DNA from: the human T2T-CHM13v2.0 reference genome, Homo sapiens
DNA: 64,000 nt
Assembly (NCBI RefSeq): GCF_009914755.1
Contig: NC_060947.1
Direction: 5' to 3' (one strand)
The position numbers and the translations under genes were made by a program. Under the pieces are notes generated by a model, which was not told the DNA's origin, did no database searches, and saw only the letters and a list, made by a program, of their open reading frames with translations. Below are positions 1 to 15,620 of this stretch, one piece after another. Positions within the stretch are counted from its first letter, which is position 1, and each line of letters opens with the position of its first letter.

Positions 1-617
1 AACATAAGTGGATGTACTGCTGTCTCCCTTCAGTCTCCCCAAGTGTTATTCTATAAGCAATTATAGGAACCAGAAAAGGATTTTTTTAAGCAGGTGAATG
101 ATGTGCATATTAATCCAGTTTTTCTCCTTCTAGGATGAATTTTCTTAAAGTAGAATTGCTGAGTCAGAGTATTTATGTTTTTAAAGCTTTTGATACATGT
201 TTTTTTGACACTGTTATCAAATTATCCTCCAGCATGGGTGACCATATGTACACTTCTTTGCATACCCCTAAAGAGTGGTCTTTCTTGATTATTGGTGTAC
301 CATAACCAGATTTCCTCCTTGCTGTCCTACCAGGCAGTTTCCCAGTACTACAGCAAGTACTGCAGGGTCCTGAGGATTGTGCCGGGGGGCCTTCTGCATA
401 TGATACAAATGAGCTTGATTGACAAGTGAGTCATCAGGACCATCTGACGCCAGGAGGGATACATTCATTTGCAAGTAAACTATTATTACAATCATCGGAC
501 TTTATACTAATAGATTTTGAATGACATGGTCTCCAAAGTGATTCTTTGTCTTGCAAAATCTGCACTCAGAGTCTTTGAATGCTCAAAGAGAGACTCCGTT
601 TAATCTTCTGTGCTTCT

Positions 618-1137
618 GTGTGTTTTCTACGGCTGCTGTAACAATGTACCAGAAATGTGATGGCTTAAAACAACACAAAGATATTATCTTAAAGTTCTGG
701 ACCAGGGTCAGAAGTCTGAAATGGGTCTCAGTGGGCTAAAATCAATGTACCTGCAGGACTGCATTTCTTCTGGAGGCTCTAGGGGAAATTGTTTCATTGC
801 TTTTTTTTTTTTTTTTTTTTTTTAGCTTCTAGAAGCTGCATGCATTCCTTGACTCCTGGCCTGCTTTCTTCTATCTTCAAAGACAGCAATTGCATCACTC
901 CAGCCTCTGCTTCACTGGTCACATATTCTCTAAGTCTCCTGCCTTCCTCTTTCACTTCAAAAGACTCTTGTAATTACATTGAGTTCCTTTGGATAATCCA
1001 GGATAATCTCTCCCATCTCAAGACCTTTAACTTAATCACATCTATAAAGTCTCTTTTGCCATATAAGGTAACATATTCACAGGTTCTGGAAATTACAATG
1101 TAGACATCTTTGGGAGGCCCTTATTCTTCCTATCACA
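618..1137 (-). mobile_element. MaLR solo LTR (MLT1C/D-like)
   Basis: The reverse complement of the right end reads tgtgataggaagaataagggcctcccaaagatgtc, like the MLT1 start. Typical 'gctgctgtaaca...ggcttaaaacaac' block present. Confidence 0.75.
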
Positions 1138-1259
1138 TCTTCCTTAGCATGAGCTGGGCCTGGTATCTCATCTCCAGATATTATGGAAATATGGCTAACA
1201 GTCATTCAATTGCAGACAATTGCTAACATTGTCTACAATTTTAAGACTTAGTAATTTAT

Positions 1260-1420
1260 GACATCCTTCTCTGTATCAGAAACAGGCATTATGTCTAGTT
1301 TGCAGATAAGAACTGGGGCTCAGAGACATTAAATAATTTGCTCAAGGTCACAGAACTGGTCAGTGGCAGAACTGAGTTTCACATTTAGGACTGTGGGACC
1401 TCAAAGCCCCCACTCAATGC
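1260..1420 (-). mobile_element. MIR SINE fragment
   Basis: Reverse MIR core 'ggctcagagacattaaataatttgctcaaggtcacag'. Confidence 0.7.
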
Positions 1421-1849
1421 ATGATGCCTTGGTACCTCAACATTTTTAATGCTCTGCTCATTCTGCTCTTTTTGGATAGCCTTCACGTTGAAAGCTTTTC
1501 ATTTAGTTTGTTTGACATTTAATAATACAACCTAGCTAGATAAAAGCTTTTATTAAGGCCCTATAAATATCATATTTGACTCATTCAGTAAGTGCCAGTG
1601 CAGGATGTCATCACAAAACACACATTGAAGATAATGTCTCCATATCCTCTAATAAATCTTCCTAAAAGTGGCATCAAATGGGTTCTTCCTCTGCAATACA
1701 AACAGAAGTGGCCTCACCAGGTTTTCTTCTCTGTGGGCAATGTGTAAATCTGTGAATAACAGGTGGTGCTGGTGAGAAATGATCTTTCCAAAAGCCCACG
1801 AGTATACAAATATCCTATTCTTGACAAAGAGTGTCTAACACTTTAGGGG

Positions 1850-2234
1850 TGTCTTAGTCTGTTTTATGCTGCTATAACAGACTACCACAGAGTGGGTAAT
1901 TTATAATGAACAGAAATGTATTTGGCTCATAGTTGTGGAAGCCGGGAAGACCAAAAGCATGGTGCCAGCATCTGGTGAGGGCCTTTGTGTTCCATCATCC
2001 CATGGCAGAAAGCAGAAGGGCAAGAGAAGGCAAGAGCAAGGAAGCAAGAGGGAGTTGAACTTGCTTTTATAACAAATCCACCCTTGTGGTAACTAAGCCT
2101 CTCCTGTGTTAATGACTTTAATCCACTCATGAGGTCAGAGCCCTCATGACCTAATCACCTATTATTAGACACTGTTGCATTGGGGATTAAGTTTCTAACA
2201 CATAAACTTTGGGGGACACGTTCAAACCATAGCA
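1850..2234 (-). mobile_element. MaLR solo LTR (MST family)
   Basis: Termini tgtcttagtc...ttcaaaccatagca and MST-type internal text. Confidence 0.8.
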
Positions 2235-2291
2235 GGAAGTCTAAGTTAATCTCTTAATAAAGACGCTTATCCACTTTGCTTTATTCTGGAA

Positions 2292-2447
2292 GGTTCTCAA
2301 CCTTGGTTGTGCATTAGAATCACCTTAGGAGCTTTCAAAAACACTGAGGGCTGATTCCTGCTCCCTAAAGATTCTGATCTAATTGTCCTGGGGTTTAGCA
2401 TCAGGGCTTTTAAAAGTTTAGAACAAAAAAAAAGTTCAGAACCACTG
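2292..2447. mobile_element. MER5-like hAT MITE remnant
   Basis: 'ggttctcaacctt...cattagaatcacc' to 'agaaccactg' inverted ends. Confidence 0.6.
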
Positions 2448-2685
2448 TGATGAAGGAGAGATGATGAGACACTTTATTCATACATGGATTTTGACCCCAA
2501 AACTATTTGGCTCTCAAATAGAAAAAAAGGATCTCTATTTTGTTTGTATCAAGAGTGAGAAACCCTATTTGTGTATGTGTCCCAGGAAGCTGGCTATGTA
2601 AAAACTTTCAATATCTCCAAAAGCAATCATTTTAAACACCTAGTCTACTAAAATGCCAGATGAGAGGCCATGTCAAATGACACTA

Positions 2686-3002
<317 letters not shown>

Positions 3003-3379
3003 GACACTAAGGGTGCCTGAGAGTAGCTATATGCGGTCAATGATCTTTCACAGAAGCCCACCCTTGCTTTGAGAAGATATTCTCTTGAGTAAGCAAGTAT
3101 GATATAAGCACATCTTCAAAGAAAAATAATCCTTTATTTCTACAAAATGGTCTGGATAACAACCTCATTCCACCATTCAATTGCAGGAACTCAACAGGAG
3201 CAAAACCATTAGCAGTGAACCATGGCAGTCTCTAGCACATATGGTACTACCATTGCTCAAAACATTTTTGGAATAAGTCTTTGGTCATCATTTGAAAGTG
3301 TGAAGATAACAATACTCATATGAATATATAAGTTATATTATCCTTTTTAAAAAAAGATAGAAATCATCAAAAAGACTTT

Positions 3380-4570
<1,191 letters not shown>

Positions 4571-4582
4571 AGTGGATAGAAT

Positions 4583-5330
4583 CAGTGGTTCTCAACTGGG
4601 TACAATTTTGCTGCAAGGTACATTTAGCAATGTCTGGAGACAGTTTTTGTTGTCACATCTTGGGGCTGGGGGTGCTGTAGACATCTAGTGGGTGAAGGCC
4701 ATAAATGCTGCTAAACATCCTACAATGCACAGGACAATCGTCCACTGTAAGATAATGGCTCTGCCCCGGCACCCTGATGACCTTGAATGTGTCCATAGAG
4801 GCAAAGGCTTGACGTGCAGCTCATCTGAGTGTTGGAGAACGCCTTGTGATCCTCCTGGAACAAGCTCTCCTGGAACAGGGAGGCCTGTGAAGAGTTGTTC
4901 CAGGGCTATTTGCCACTCACCTCCTTATCTCCCCTGAGCAACTGTCATGAAGCAGTTTCTAATAGTCTCTTTGTTTGGGTTGGGATATGGGTCTTCCTGC
5001 CCTGCCCCTCCCAGTACAAAGTTACAGAACAGAAAAACACTTAGTTGCAATCTACAGTGGGCTCCTCAGCAATGGGAGTCGAGGTTATCCGGCCCCTTTT
5101 GTTGTAGAGTCCTTCTTTTTGGTATGTGGGACAAGCACAGTACGAAGCTGGCACCACAGGCTACTGTTTCCTTTGCTATGTAAGTAATAAACTGTCTTAA
5201 TCTAAAAGTGATTAGTTATACTTTTACCAGTCAAGTCATTCAGACCTTGCCTTGTCTTGTGTGTGCTTGACACCCATGACAAACAATTTTCTAGCCCAAA
5301 ATGTCTATTATGCTGAGGTTGAGAAGCTCT
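4583..5330. mobile_element. MER20 hAT element split by an LTR
   Basis: cagtggttctcaac...caggacaatcgtccac, resuming at cccatgacaaac...gttgagaagc after the LTR. Confidence 0.8.
4746..5272 (+). mobile_element. ERVL-class solo LTR (family not firmly assigned)
   Basis: TGT...ACA termini, AATAAA near 5186, degenerate 5-bp TSD tccac/cccat; interrupts MER20. Confidence 0.75.
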
Positions 5331-5559
5331 AGATGAAGCAAGATGGGTCATGAGTTGATTACTGTTGAAGTAGGTGGCAAGTACATGAACAGTACAAATG
5401 GTAATGTACTATTAATATCTTGTCTAATTTTGTGTATGGTTGAAGCTTTCCCTAATAAAAAAAATTACTTTAAGAAGGATAAAAACTGGTCACCTTGCTT
5501 TTTTAGATGTATGACATTTTAAGTACATATACTGAGGCAATATGCACAAATGCACAAAC

Positions 5560-5730
5560 TTTGCTGTCAGATTTCTAGCTCCACCAGTAAGTTACAAACT
5601 CTGTGTTCTTGAGCGAGTACTTGACCTCTTTAAGCCTCAGTTTCTTCCACAATAAAATAAAACTACTTATGCCCCCTGGGGGTTTTGTGGGGATTAAATA
5701 TAAGTCAAGTGTTTGGCTGAATGCCTTAAA
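5560..5730 (+). mobile_element. MIR fragment
   Basis: 'acttgacctctttaagcctcagtttcttc' MIR core. Confidence 0.6.
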
Positions 5731-5926
5731 TAAATACCTTTATTAGACCATCTTCCTTTGTTCTTTTTGCCTGCTGCTTTTCAATACAGAAATGCAAAGA
5801 GCCCTTCTTGTTATCTGGACAAGTAATTTTGATCTAGTCGATTTCTTTCCAAATAATTCCCTGGAAAATGTAGATAGATGGCCCTGATCTGAAGCGTTTT
5901 ATTCTAAGTGTTTAAAACAGCAAACT

Positions 5927-6304
<378 letters not shown>

Positions 6305-6305
6305 T

Positions 6306-6535
6306 CAGTAGTTCTCAGCTACTGAATGGGGGTGATCTTGTCCCACAAGAGACATTTAACAATGTCTGGAGACATTTTTGGTTGTCATGACTTGGGGAAG
6401 GGGAGTACTACTGGTATCTAGTGGTTAGAGACCAGGGATGCTATTAAACATCCTATGTCCTATGCACAGGACAGCCCCTACAACAAAGAATTATCTGGCC
6501 CAAAATATCAGTCATACCAAGGTTGAGAAACCCTG
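6306..6535. mobile_element. MER20
   Basis: cagtagttctc...caatgtctggagacattttt...ggttgagaaaccctg. Confidence 0.8.
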
Positions 6536-6917
6536 GGCTAATGTAACCAAAATTTCTTGATGAACCTTTCCTGGGTAATTAACTTTGCCTTTCTTTGTTC
6601 TTCTTACCTAACGCATACAGGTTATTAAAGACATGCTCAGGAGAAATTCGAAATGTGATTACTCTAGCTCTGTGGCCCTAATTTGTTATTCATTTCTTTA
6701 TGAGAAAAAAAATCCAAGTAGTGTTCTGATTTTATTGCCTTCAAGTTTCACTTACCAAACTCAAAGCATGCACTGATTACCTTCTTAATTAATAGATTGT
6801 GAAAGCGGGGCATCACTTTATTAACTCGTGGAAAGGACGTACCATCTCCTGACAGCTCTGTAGTCTTTGTTTCCAACTATTATGCCAATGGGGGAGGATT
6901 GAGATGAAGGGGATTCA

Positions 6918-7272
<355 letters not shown>

Positions 7273-7580
7273 TTACTGTTGAATTAGGTAAGGGCAAGAC
7301 AACTGTAAAAGCTAGGGGACAACATTGAAAAACACCTAGGATTCCATATTCAAAGTGTTTTGAAGATATCTTAAGTTTTCACTCAATTTAGAATAAACTA
7401 AAAATGGAAATAATAGGCAATGCATATGTGTCTGCCTAATGAAAAAATACAACACAGAGCTCTAATCAGTGGCCCAATCAAAGGTTTGGCAAATTAATAA
7501 TATATTTATTTTAAATTTAAATAAAATGTTTAATGTATGCATTTATCACTTTTAAGTGAGTCCCCATTATACTCATTTTA

Positions 7581-7884
7581 TTTTTCTTTTCTTTTCTTTT
7601 TTGAGACAGAGTCTCGCTCTGTCACTCAGGCTGGAGTGCAGTGGTGTGATCTCGGCTCACTGCAACCTCTGCCTCCTGGGTTCAGTTGATTCTCTTGCCT
7701 CAGCCCCCTGAGTAGCTGAGATTACAGGCGCGTGCCACCACGCCCAGCTAATTTTTGTATTTTTAGTAGAGACAGGGTTTCGCCATGTTGACCAGGCTGG
7801 TCTCGAACTCCTGACTGCAGGTGATCCACCTGCCTCGGCCTCCCAAACTGCTGGGATTACAGTCGTGAGCCACCGCGCCTGGCC
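7581..7884 (-). mobile_element. Alu (AluS)
   Basis: Reverse dimer; TSD cattttatttt. Confidence 0.95.
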
Positions 7885-8891
7885 CCATTTTATTTTTCAA
7901 TTAACTGACCAACTGGTCCCCACTGTAGAGGGTAAGAAGACTTCTACTGTACTTCCTGGTGACTATAACTCTCTCCTACCTTGTATAATGGAGAAAGCCC
8001 TACAAAGCTTTTTTATTAATTCTCCATTTTTTTGTTTTGAATTCTTTGTGTGAGACTTAAGAAAGTCCTTCATTTGCCACCCTAAGGTAAGATGTAGTAA
8101 CCACATGGAAAAAAATTTATGAGGCAGGTAGGTGCACAAGTCTTACCTATCTCTCTTCGAGGCTGCCCCAGCTCCTGCCTACCTCTGAGAAAGCTGAGGA
8201 GTTGTAGAAGGTTGAGTCTGCCATCTGTGGTATCTCTAGGTGGGTCTCGCCTGGCCTTCAGACATCAGAAACCTCTAACAACCCTAGGAGTCTGGCAGGG
8301 TTGAGGTAGAGAGCCTTGTAAACAGTGATCACAACATCTGTGTTGCTGGTGTTAATGATAATGTCAATCAATTTAGACGCTAGGGTCAAGTTGGAGTTGG
8401 TCCATCCAACATTGATCCATGTCTCACTCAAAATCTGGGTTGAAACCCACTCATTCTCCTGAACAGCCTAGAGATGACCTTAGATGGACAAACTCAGGAG
8501 TTTCTCTGGGCAAGGAGGATACAGAATAAACAGTGATTTAAATTCCTTTCACTCATTCTACAGACATTTACTAAGCATGTTGGAAGTCATGCATCCAAGA
8601 TAAATGTGATCATCTCCACTCTCAAAGGATATATAGAACAAGAAGATATATGTAAAGATATATGTAGGACAAACTCTTAAAGATTGATTTTTTGGTAAAT
8701 ATAATGGTACTATTAAAAATTATCATGTTAGTCTTTGCTTCCAAAAGAAATTATCATTAAGTTATTCTATACTTTTATTTATGACTTACATCAATGGAGC
8801 TAAGAAAAACAGATTTGAAATAGGTATTATTTTTGTCTTTCTCCTGGGCCATATTTACCAATTTTTAAATTTTCTTTTCTCTTTCCGTGTA

Positions 8892-8894
8892 TGT

Positions 8895-8933
<39 letters not shown>

Positions 8934-8951
8934 AGCGAGAGAGAGAGAGAG
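8892..8951. repeat. (TG)n(GA)n compound microsatellite
   Basis: Read directly. Confidence 0.95.
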
Positions 8952-9412
8952 AATTTGTAGTTCATGGAAAGACAAAGAAAACTTTAAAATGTTCTAATAC
9001 CTGGGGCAGGACTGATATAAAAAATATATTTCACTTCTTGAGGCCTCATTGTGAGAATGGGGCAAAATTAATTTTATGCCAGTTGCACCATTTTCTTTAC
9101 CCCATAGTATTTGAGAGCTGGCTCCAAGTCCTTGAGAATAAAGGGCAAAAATAAGATAAACTCATAAGACTTATTTTCTCTCACATTGTTCCCAGCACTG
9201 GGAAGACTGGGGAAGCCCCAGATTTCACAAGAGACACTCACAAGTCTAGCCTCTCACTCCACATCTGCTTGCATGGTAATTGGGCCATTTCAGGGAGCCA
9301 AAGAGGAGTTAGGGAAGGCATGGTCACCAAAACTTGCCTTAGAGGACCACAGTGGGTAGGAATCTAGGGTCTGCCAGGGAGAGGTTAGTGCACTCTAGAG
9401 AGCCAGATTCAC

Positions 9413-9445
9413 GTCGCTTCTTGGCCTTTTGGCTAAGATCAAGCG
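9413..9445 (+). pseudogene. 3'-truncated U2 snRNA retropseudogene (U2 nt 1-33)
   Basis: gtcgcttcttggccttttggctaagatcaagcg matches the recalled U2 5' end ATCGCTTCTCGGCCTTTTGGCTAAGATCAAGTG at 30/33. Flanked by a perfect 14-bp repeat gagagccagattca (9398-9411, 9446-9459). Confidence 0.9.
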
Positions 9446-9728
9446 GAGAGCCAGATTCAGAATTAGCCTTTGCTCCACCTGTCAATGTTCAGAGTGAGAA
9501 CTATCAGCAGAGCAGCCTATGGCAGTGATTATACATCCACTAGGTGAGTTAAGAGGACTCTTGAATCAGCCTACCCCTTAGTTTCTGAAGGAGACAAAAC
9601 TGTGTTGGGTTAGCTTGAAGGCTGTACACATACATACCTGTAATATTAGGGCTCAGGTAGAGGAATTGCAGGGAGATAGATAAGAGGAAAGAAGGCCTAC
9701 TGATGTTTGGAACAAAAGATAAAAATAA

Positions 9729-10070
<342 letters not shown>

Positions 10071-10968
10071 TCAGATATCTAAGCTTCATAAATTTGGAGA
10101 GTTTTAAGTTGTTCAATTCCTTCCAAATAAGGACTAAATATTTAATGTACATTTACATTGTTTCTATTAATTTTTCTTTCCTCACTATGGCTAAAAATTT
10201 TCCTTAAAGAAGACAAGGAAGGGACAAACCATATCCTTTGATGCTCACTGCTAAATTGAGGAATTGGGTTTTATTTTTGCTAAAAAGACATGGCATTAAT
10301 GTTTGCTATATGTCATAGACCAGTCCCAGCAAGCTGTAAGAAACCACCTCTGCTAAGGATATTATGGAAATGCAAGTGCCATTCTTCTCTAATAACTCAA
10401 CATTCTCTCTTCTCTCCTATTTATTACCTAGAACCAGCATGGGACCTGGAACATGTGCCCCACAGATCTGAGGACTGATGGAGCTAACTGATGACTGGTG
10501 TCTGGGAAGGCAGCATGTTTGCCACCCTGTTCTCACTTCTGAAGGAGCTGAAAGATTTAGTTTCCAAAGCCTCTGGCCAGATCACACTCCCCCTCCCCGC
10601 AAGTGAATGCCTGGGAATCATCTCTTTCTCACAGACAGGAAGCCCTTATCTCACCATGAAGACTTGGCAGCAAAGACTGGTAAAGAGGAAAGAACAAACT
10701 GGGAGTCAGTTTTCCTTTTGATAAATGTATTCGCTGTAGAAAATCGGAGTCCACTTCAATAAATGGTCTCTTGAAAGAACTGTCTCTGTCAGTCAATCAG
10801 CAGATATTTATTGAACCCTTATTTCATACCAGGCACTGTGCAGAGCCCACAGGAGTACCTTTTCCAGGGAATCACAGAATATAGTGGAAGAAGTGAGGGC
10901 TTTGGAATTAGATCTTGATCCAGTCAAAATTTCAGTGTGAAAGTGTTTTATGCTACCATTCTACTTTA

Positions 10969-11016
10969 ATATCCAAAGGCAAGGAGGAAGGTTCCTTCCT
11001 CCTTGCCTTTGGATAT
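10969..11016. repeat. Perfect 23-bp inverted repeat with 2-nt spacer
   Basis: atatccaaaggcaaggaggaagg TT ccttcctccttgcctttggatat. Confidence 0.95.
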
Positions 11017-11435
11017 AAACCAAGTAGTGTAAAATGATTTCACATAGAATTTCAAAATAGCAGAAGGGTTGGTAGAAATAACTAGGCTAACCACATTATT
11101 TCCTACAAGGGCACCTTAGGGGATCCCTGTTTTAATGAATAAATAAAAATGATGTGTAATTATCATATCAATTGCTTGCATCTAAGTGAGTGCTTCTGGA
11201 GTTATTTGATGGTGCTTAAAAATCTTTGGTCTCTGAAGTGCATTTAACCATCTTCTTAACTCTTATCTATATTATTAATTTGCAGATCAAAGTTAACTTT
11301 GTGCTATGCAAATGAGGGGACTTCAAATGAATGAGATTTTACTGTAAAATTTAAAATCCATATTACTTGTAACAGAACTGCAACATATTTTGAGGACATG
11401 CCTCAGCATATCTAAAAGAGATATTATGGTTTAAA

Positions 11436-11936
<501 letters not shown>

Positions 11937-12051
11937 ATTTAAAGAAAAAGTGAAATTGGATGCTGGGAACCCAAATTCCAGCTCTATCCTTGCTATCTTG
12001 GACAATTAACCTCTGTGAGCTTCAATTTTCTCACTTGAAAATGGGAATATA

Positions 12052-12342
12052 GGCTAGGGCTCAGTGGCGCATACCTGTAATCCCAGTGCGTTGGGAGGTT
12101 TAGGTGGAAGGATCGCTTGAGGCCAGGAGTTCAAGACCAGCCTGAGAAACACAGCAAAACCCCCATCTCTACAAAATATTTAAAAATTAGCCAGATGTGG
12201 TGGTGCATGCCTGCAGTCCTAGCTCCTTGGGGGGCTGAGGCAGGAGGATCACTTGAGCCTAATAGTTTGAGGTTACAGTCAGCTATGATTCCACCACTGC
12301 ACTCGAGCCTGGGCAACAGAGTAAGACCTTGTCTCAAAAAAA

Positions 12343-12344
<2 letters not shown>
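12052..12344 (+). mobile_element. Alu (AluJ) inserted in a MIR
   Basis: J-type dimer; TSD aaatgggaatata. Confidence 0.9.
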
Positions 12345-12385
<41 letters not shown>

Positions 12386-12428
12386 GAAGGAAGGAAGGAA
12401 GGAAGGAAGGAAGGAAGGAAGGAAGGAA
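12345..12428. repeat. (GAAA)10(GGAA)11 polypurine microsatellite
   Basis: Counted directly; grown from the Alu tail. Confidence 0.95.
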
Positions 12429-13196
12429 ATGGGAATATAAATAATATCTACATCACAGTATTTGAAGTAAGAGGAATTGAGGTAATGTCTGGGCATTCTC
12501 TTATTTCCAAATAAGTACCAACCAAGTACCAAAATTAAACATGTGGAAAATAAATACTCAACTCTCTTATTTAAAGGTAGTTTCCATTTCCTGAGAGCTA
12601 TAAAAGATTATTAAGTTCATGATTATTTTCACCTTTCAGATTCAATATTTAGCAGCAATGCTTGTAACTATTGGCTGTTAAGTAACTCCACCAGCAGTAA
12701 CCAGAAATGGTCGTGTGTCAGCTTGGGTGGGGGTATCAATCTATGGTACACAAAGGGCTGGTAGTCAGAAAGTTTAATTTACAGAAGTTGAGCCTGCCTG
12801 TGTGAGAAAAGTACACTGAGAACCGAAAAGCATGAGAAAAATGTTAATAAAATCATTCTTTATTATTGTTACCATTAATAATGTAATCCATTTTAATTGC
12901 TCAAGGAGGTTAAATAAGCCTATTCAATTTAATAGAGAAATCAAGGCACAAATTAGCAGCATAGGCAAATGGTCAGGAGCTTGAGTCCTTTTGTTGAATA
13001 CAATTACATAAAATAAGCCATGGAAAGTACTTAGCCCGGGACATGTCACCCTATAATGTCAACTATTATAATAATGATAAGTGATACATTTGGGAGACCA
13101 TGAAATTAGAGGCCTTTGTCTATTTTCAATTTGCAAAAGGTATCAGAATACGGAGTGATATTTGCACAGATTTAATTCTACATGACTGGAACATAG

Positions 13197-13542
<346 letters not shown>

Positions 13543-13591
13543 TACATCTAGTTATTTTGATACTACTTCAAATCTAATTTTGAAATGAGGC

Positions 13592-13610
13592 ATGAATGAA
13601 TGAATGAATG

Positions 13611-13641
<31 letters not shown>
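13592..13641. repeat. (ATGA)n(ATCA)n tetranucleotide repeat
   Basis: Read directly. Confidence 0.9.
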
Positions 13642-14083
13642 GCCTCCTGATTCCCCCATTAACTCAATACAATTGGCTAGTAAAACTCATGAGTCTTCAA
13701 TATACAGTACAAATTTCTCCAAATTTAAGATAACATGGAGGTGACTGGGGAAGGGACCAACTGGGCGAAATGATCAATCAGTCATGTAGCTCAAGTGTCT
13801 GCTGGATATGAACCTAGACTACTTTCTGAGTAATATGGTGCTTAAACCAGCCACCCATATCCATTCCAAGGGGCATGAGAAGGTTTTGAAGGGATGCTGG
13901 TACAGGAAAGACCAGGGCCTGTGTCCATTCTCAGGGTAGTGGAGTGAAACCAGCTTCACCGTTAAGCAGAGAAATTCCCTCTGCCTCGTTGTTGGGAAGC
14001 TGCCTCTGGCCCTCAATCTCTTCTTCACATCATCTGGGGTCCTTCTTAACACTTTGTCCCACTGCCTAAACTTTCTCCATCTA

Positions 14084-14460
<377 letters not shown>

Positions 14461-14846
14461 CTAATCAGGATTTTGTGACGTTTCTACTAGGAGAATTTCT
14501 CATTTCATAGGATAAAGAACATTTTGTTAAAACATTTCTGCAATACCCTCAGGCTCCCATAGCATATTGATCTGACCTTTTTTTTAGTAAGCAAATTTGT
14601 TCTTGTCATCTAAGTCTATCCAGGGAGCTGACATACTCTGCAAGGGGATAAAGAAATATTAGTCACAATTTGTTTTTCTTTGTCTTTTTTTAAATCAACT
14701 TAAGACGGAGAAGATAATGTTTCCATTTTTAGTGTGACTATTAATTAGCACAGATTCATTACACTTGCAGATACATAGGACTTTACTTTTTGAACTGACT
14801 TTGATATTCAATAAGGCAAAAATCAATAAGAAAGTATTCACATTAC

Positions 14847-14909
14847 CTTGCGCCACAATTGGGGAGCGCGATTGTCCTCTTCCATGATGCACTCCTGATG
14901 GCCTACCAT
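14847..14909 (-). CDS. PCYT1B: Alternative first coding exon of choline-phosphate cytidylyltransferase B
   Basis: Minus strand reads gcaggcATGG (good Kozak) and encodes MVGHQECIMEEDNRAPQLWRK, then donor AAG|gtaatg in phase 0. I recall this peptide as an alternative PCYT1B N-terminus, and PCYT1B is the known divergent neighbour of POLA1. Confidence 0.85.
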
Positions 14910-15620
14910 GCCTGCTCCTGATCTTTTTATCTTCTCTAGAGGCCTCTACCCTTTGGAGTTCTTTTGAGTCACAGGATGAAATTTTTGTTGCTCACTTGAC
15001 CAAAGGTCAAGCAGGCTCTCTGTGCCCAGCGCTCAAAGATAAGCTCGGAGGAGCTCGGAGTGTCCCAGTTGTTGAATAAGGAGAGATTTGAGTTGCTAGG
15101 CACTCTTGCTTTACTTACCACAAGCCTCCTCTTGTCCCCTCTGGGCTGTTGTTCATTGACAATTGCTGTGCTCTGAACTAGCGCTATGATGGCCTGTTGT
15201 GCGGGGACAGGCGGGTTGTGGTGAAAGCTGCAGTCGTGAAAAAGGCTATTGTTTAATCTACCCCGTCCCTCGCTGAAGCTATGGCAACAAATTCCGTTGG
15301 TGAATTAACTATGTCATTGTGCACTGGCTCAACTGATTATGCTCCTGGAATGACAAACATTTTCTCTCTTTTTTTCAAGACAAACAGTGACCGAGACCTT
15401 GAAGTGTTAATATACAACTCAGCACTTTCTTTAAATAGGAGAATAAAGATGGAAAAAATAAATCTCTCAAACATACTTTAATTGATTCTAATAAACATTT
15501 TATCCCTTCCAAGGAGCTATTCTCAGCACCATTGATAATGAATTTGTGCATCTTAACTATGTGGAGTCTTCGGAATTTGTGTTAAGGTAATTTTCTCTCA
15601 GATAACTCTGTGTTAAAAGA
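14910..15620 (-). promoter_or_regulatory. Putative 5'UTR/promoter of the PCYT1B alternative exon
   Basis: Repeat-free and moderately CpG-retaining. Contains AAAGGTCA (15002-15009) and several SOX-like CATTG/TATTGT motifs. Transcription start not determinable. Confidence 0.5.

Noticed and set aside
1-600. Possible last exon of a PCYT1B antisense lncRNA (acceptor-like ttctccttctag near 133)
   Set aside because: Based only on vague recall; the sequence alone cannot support it.
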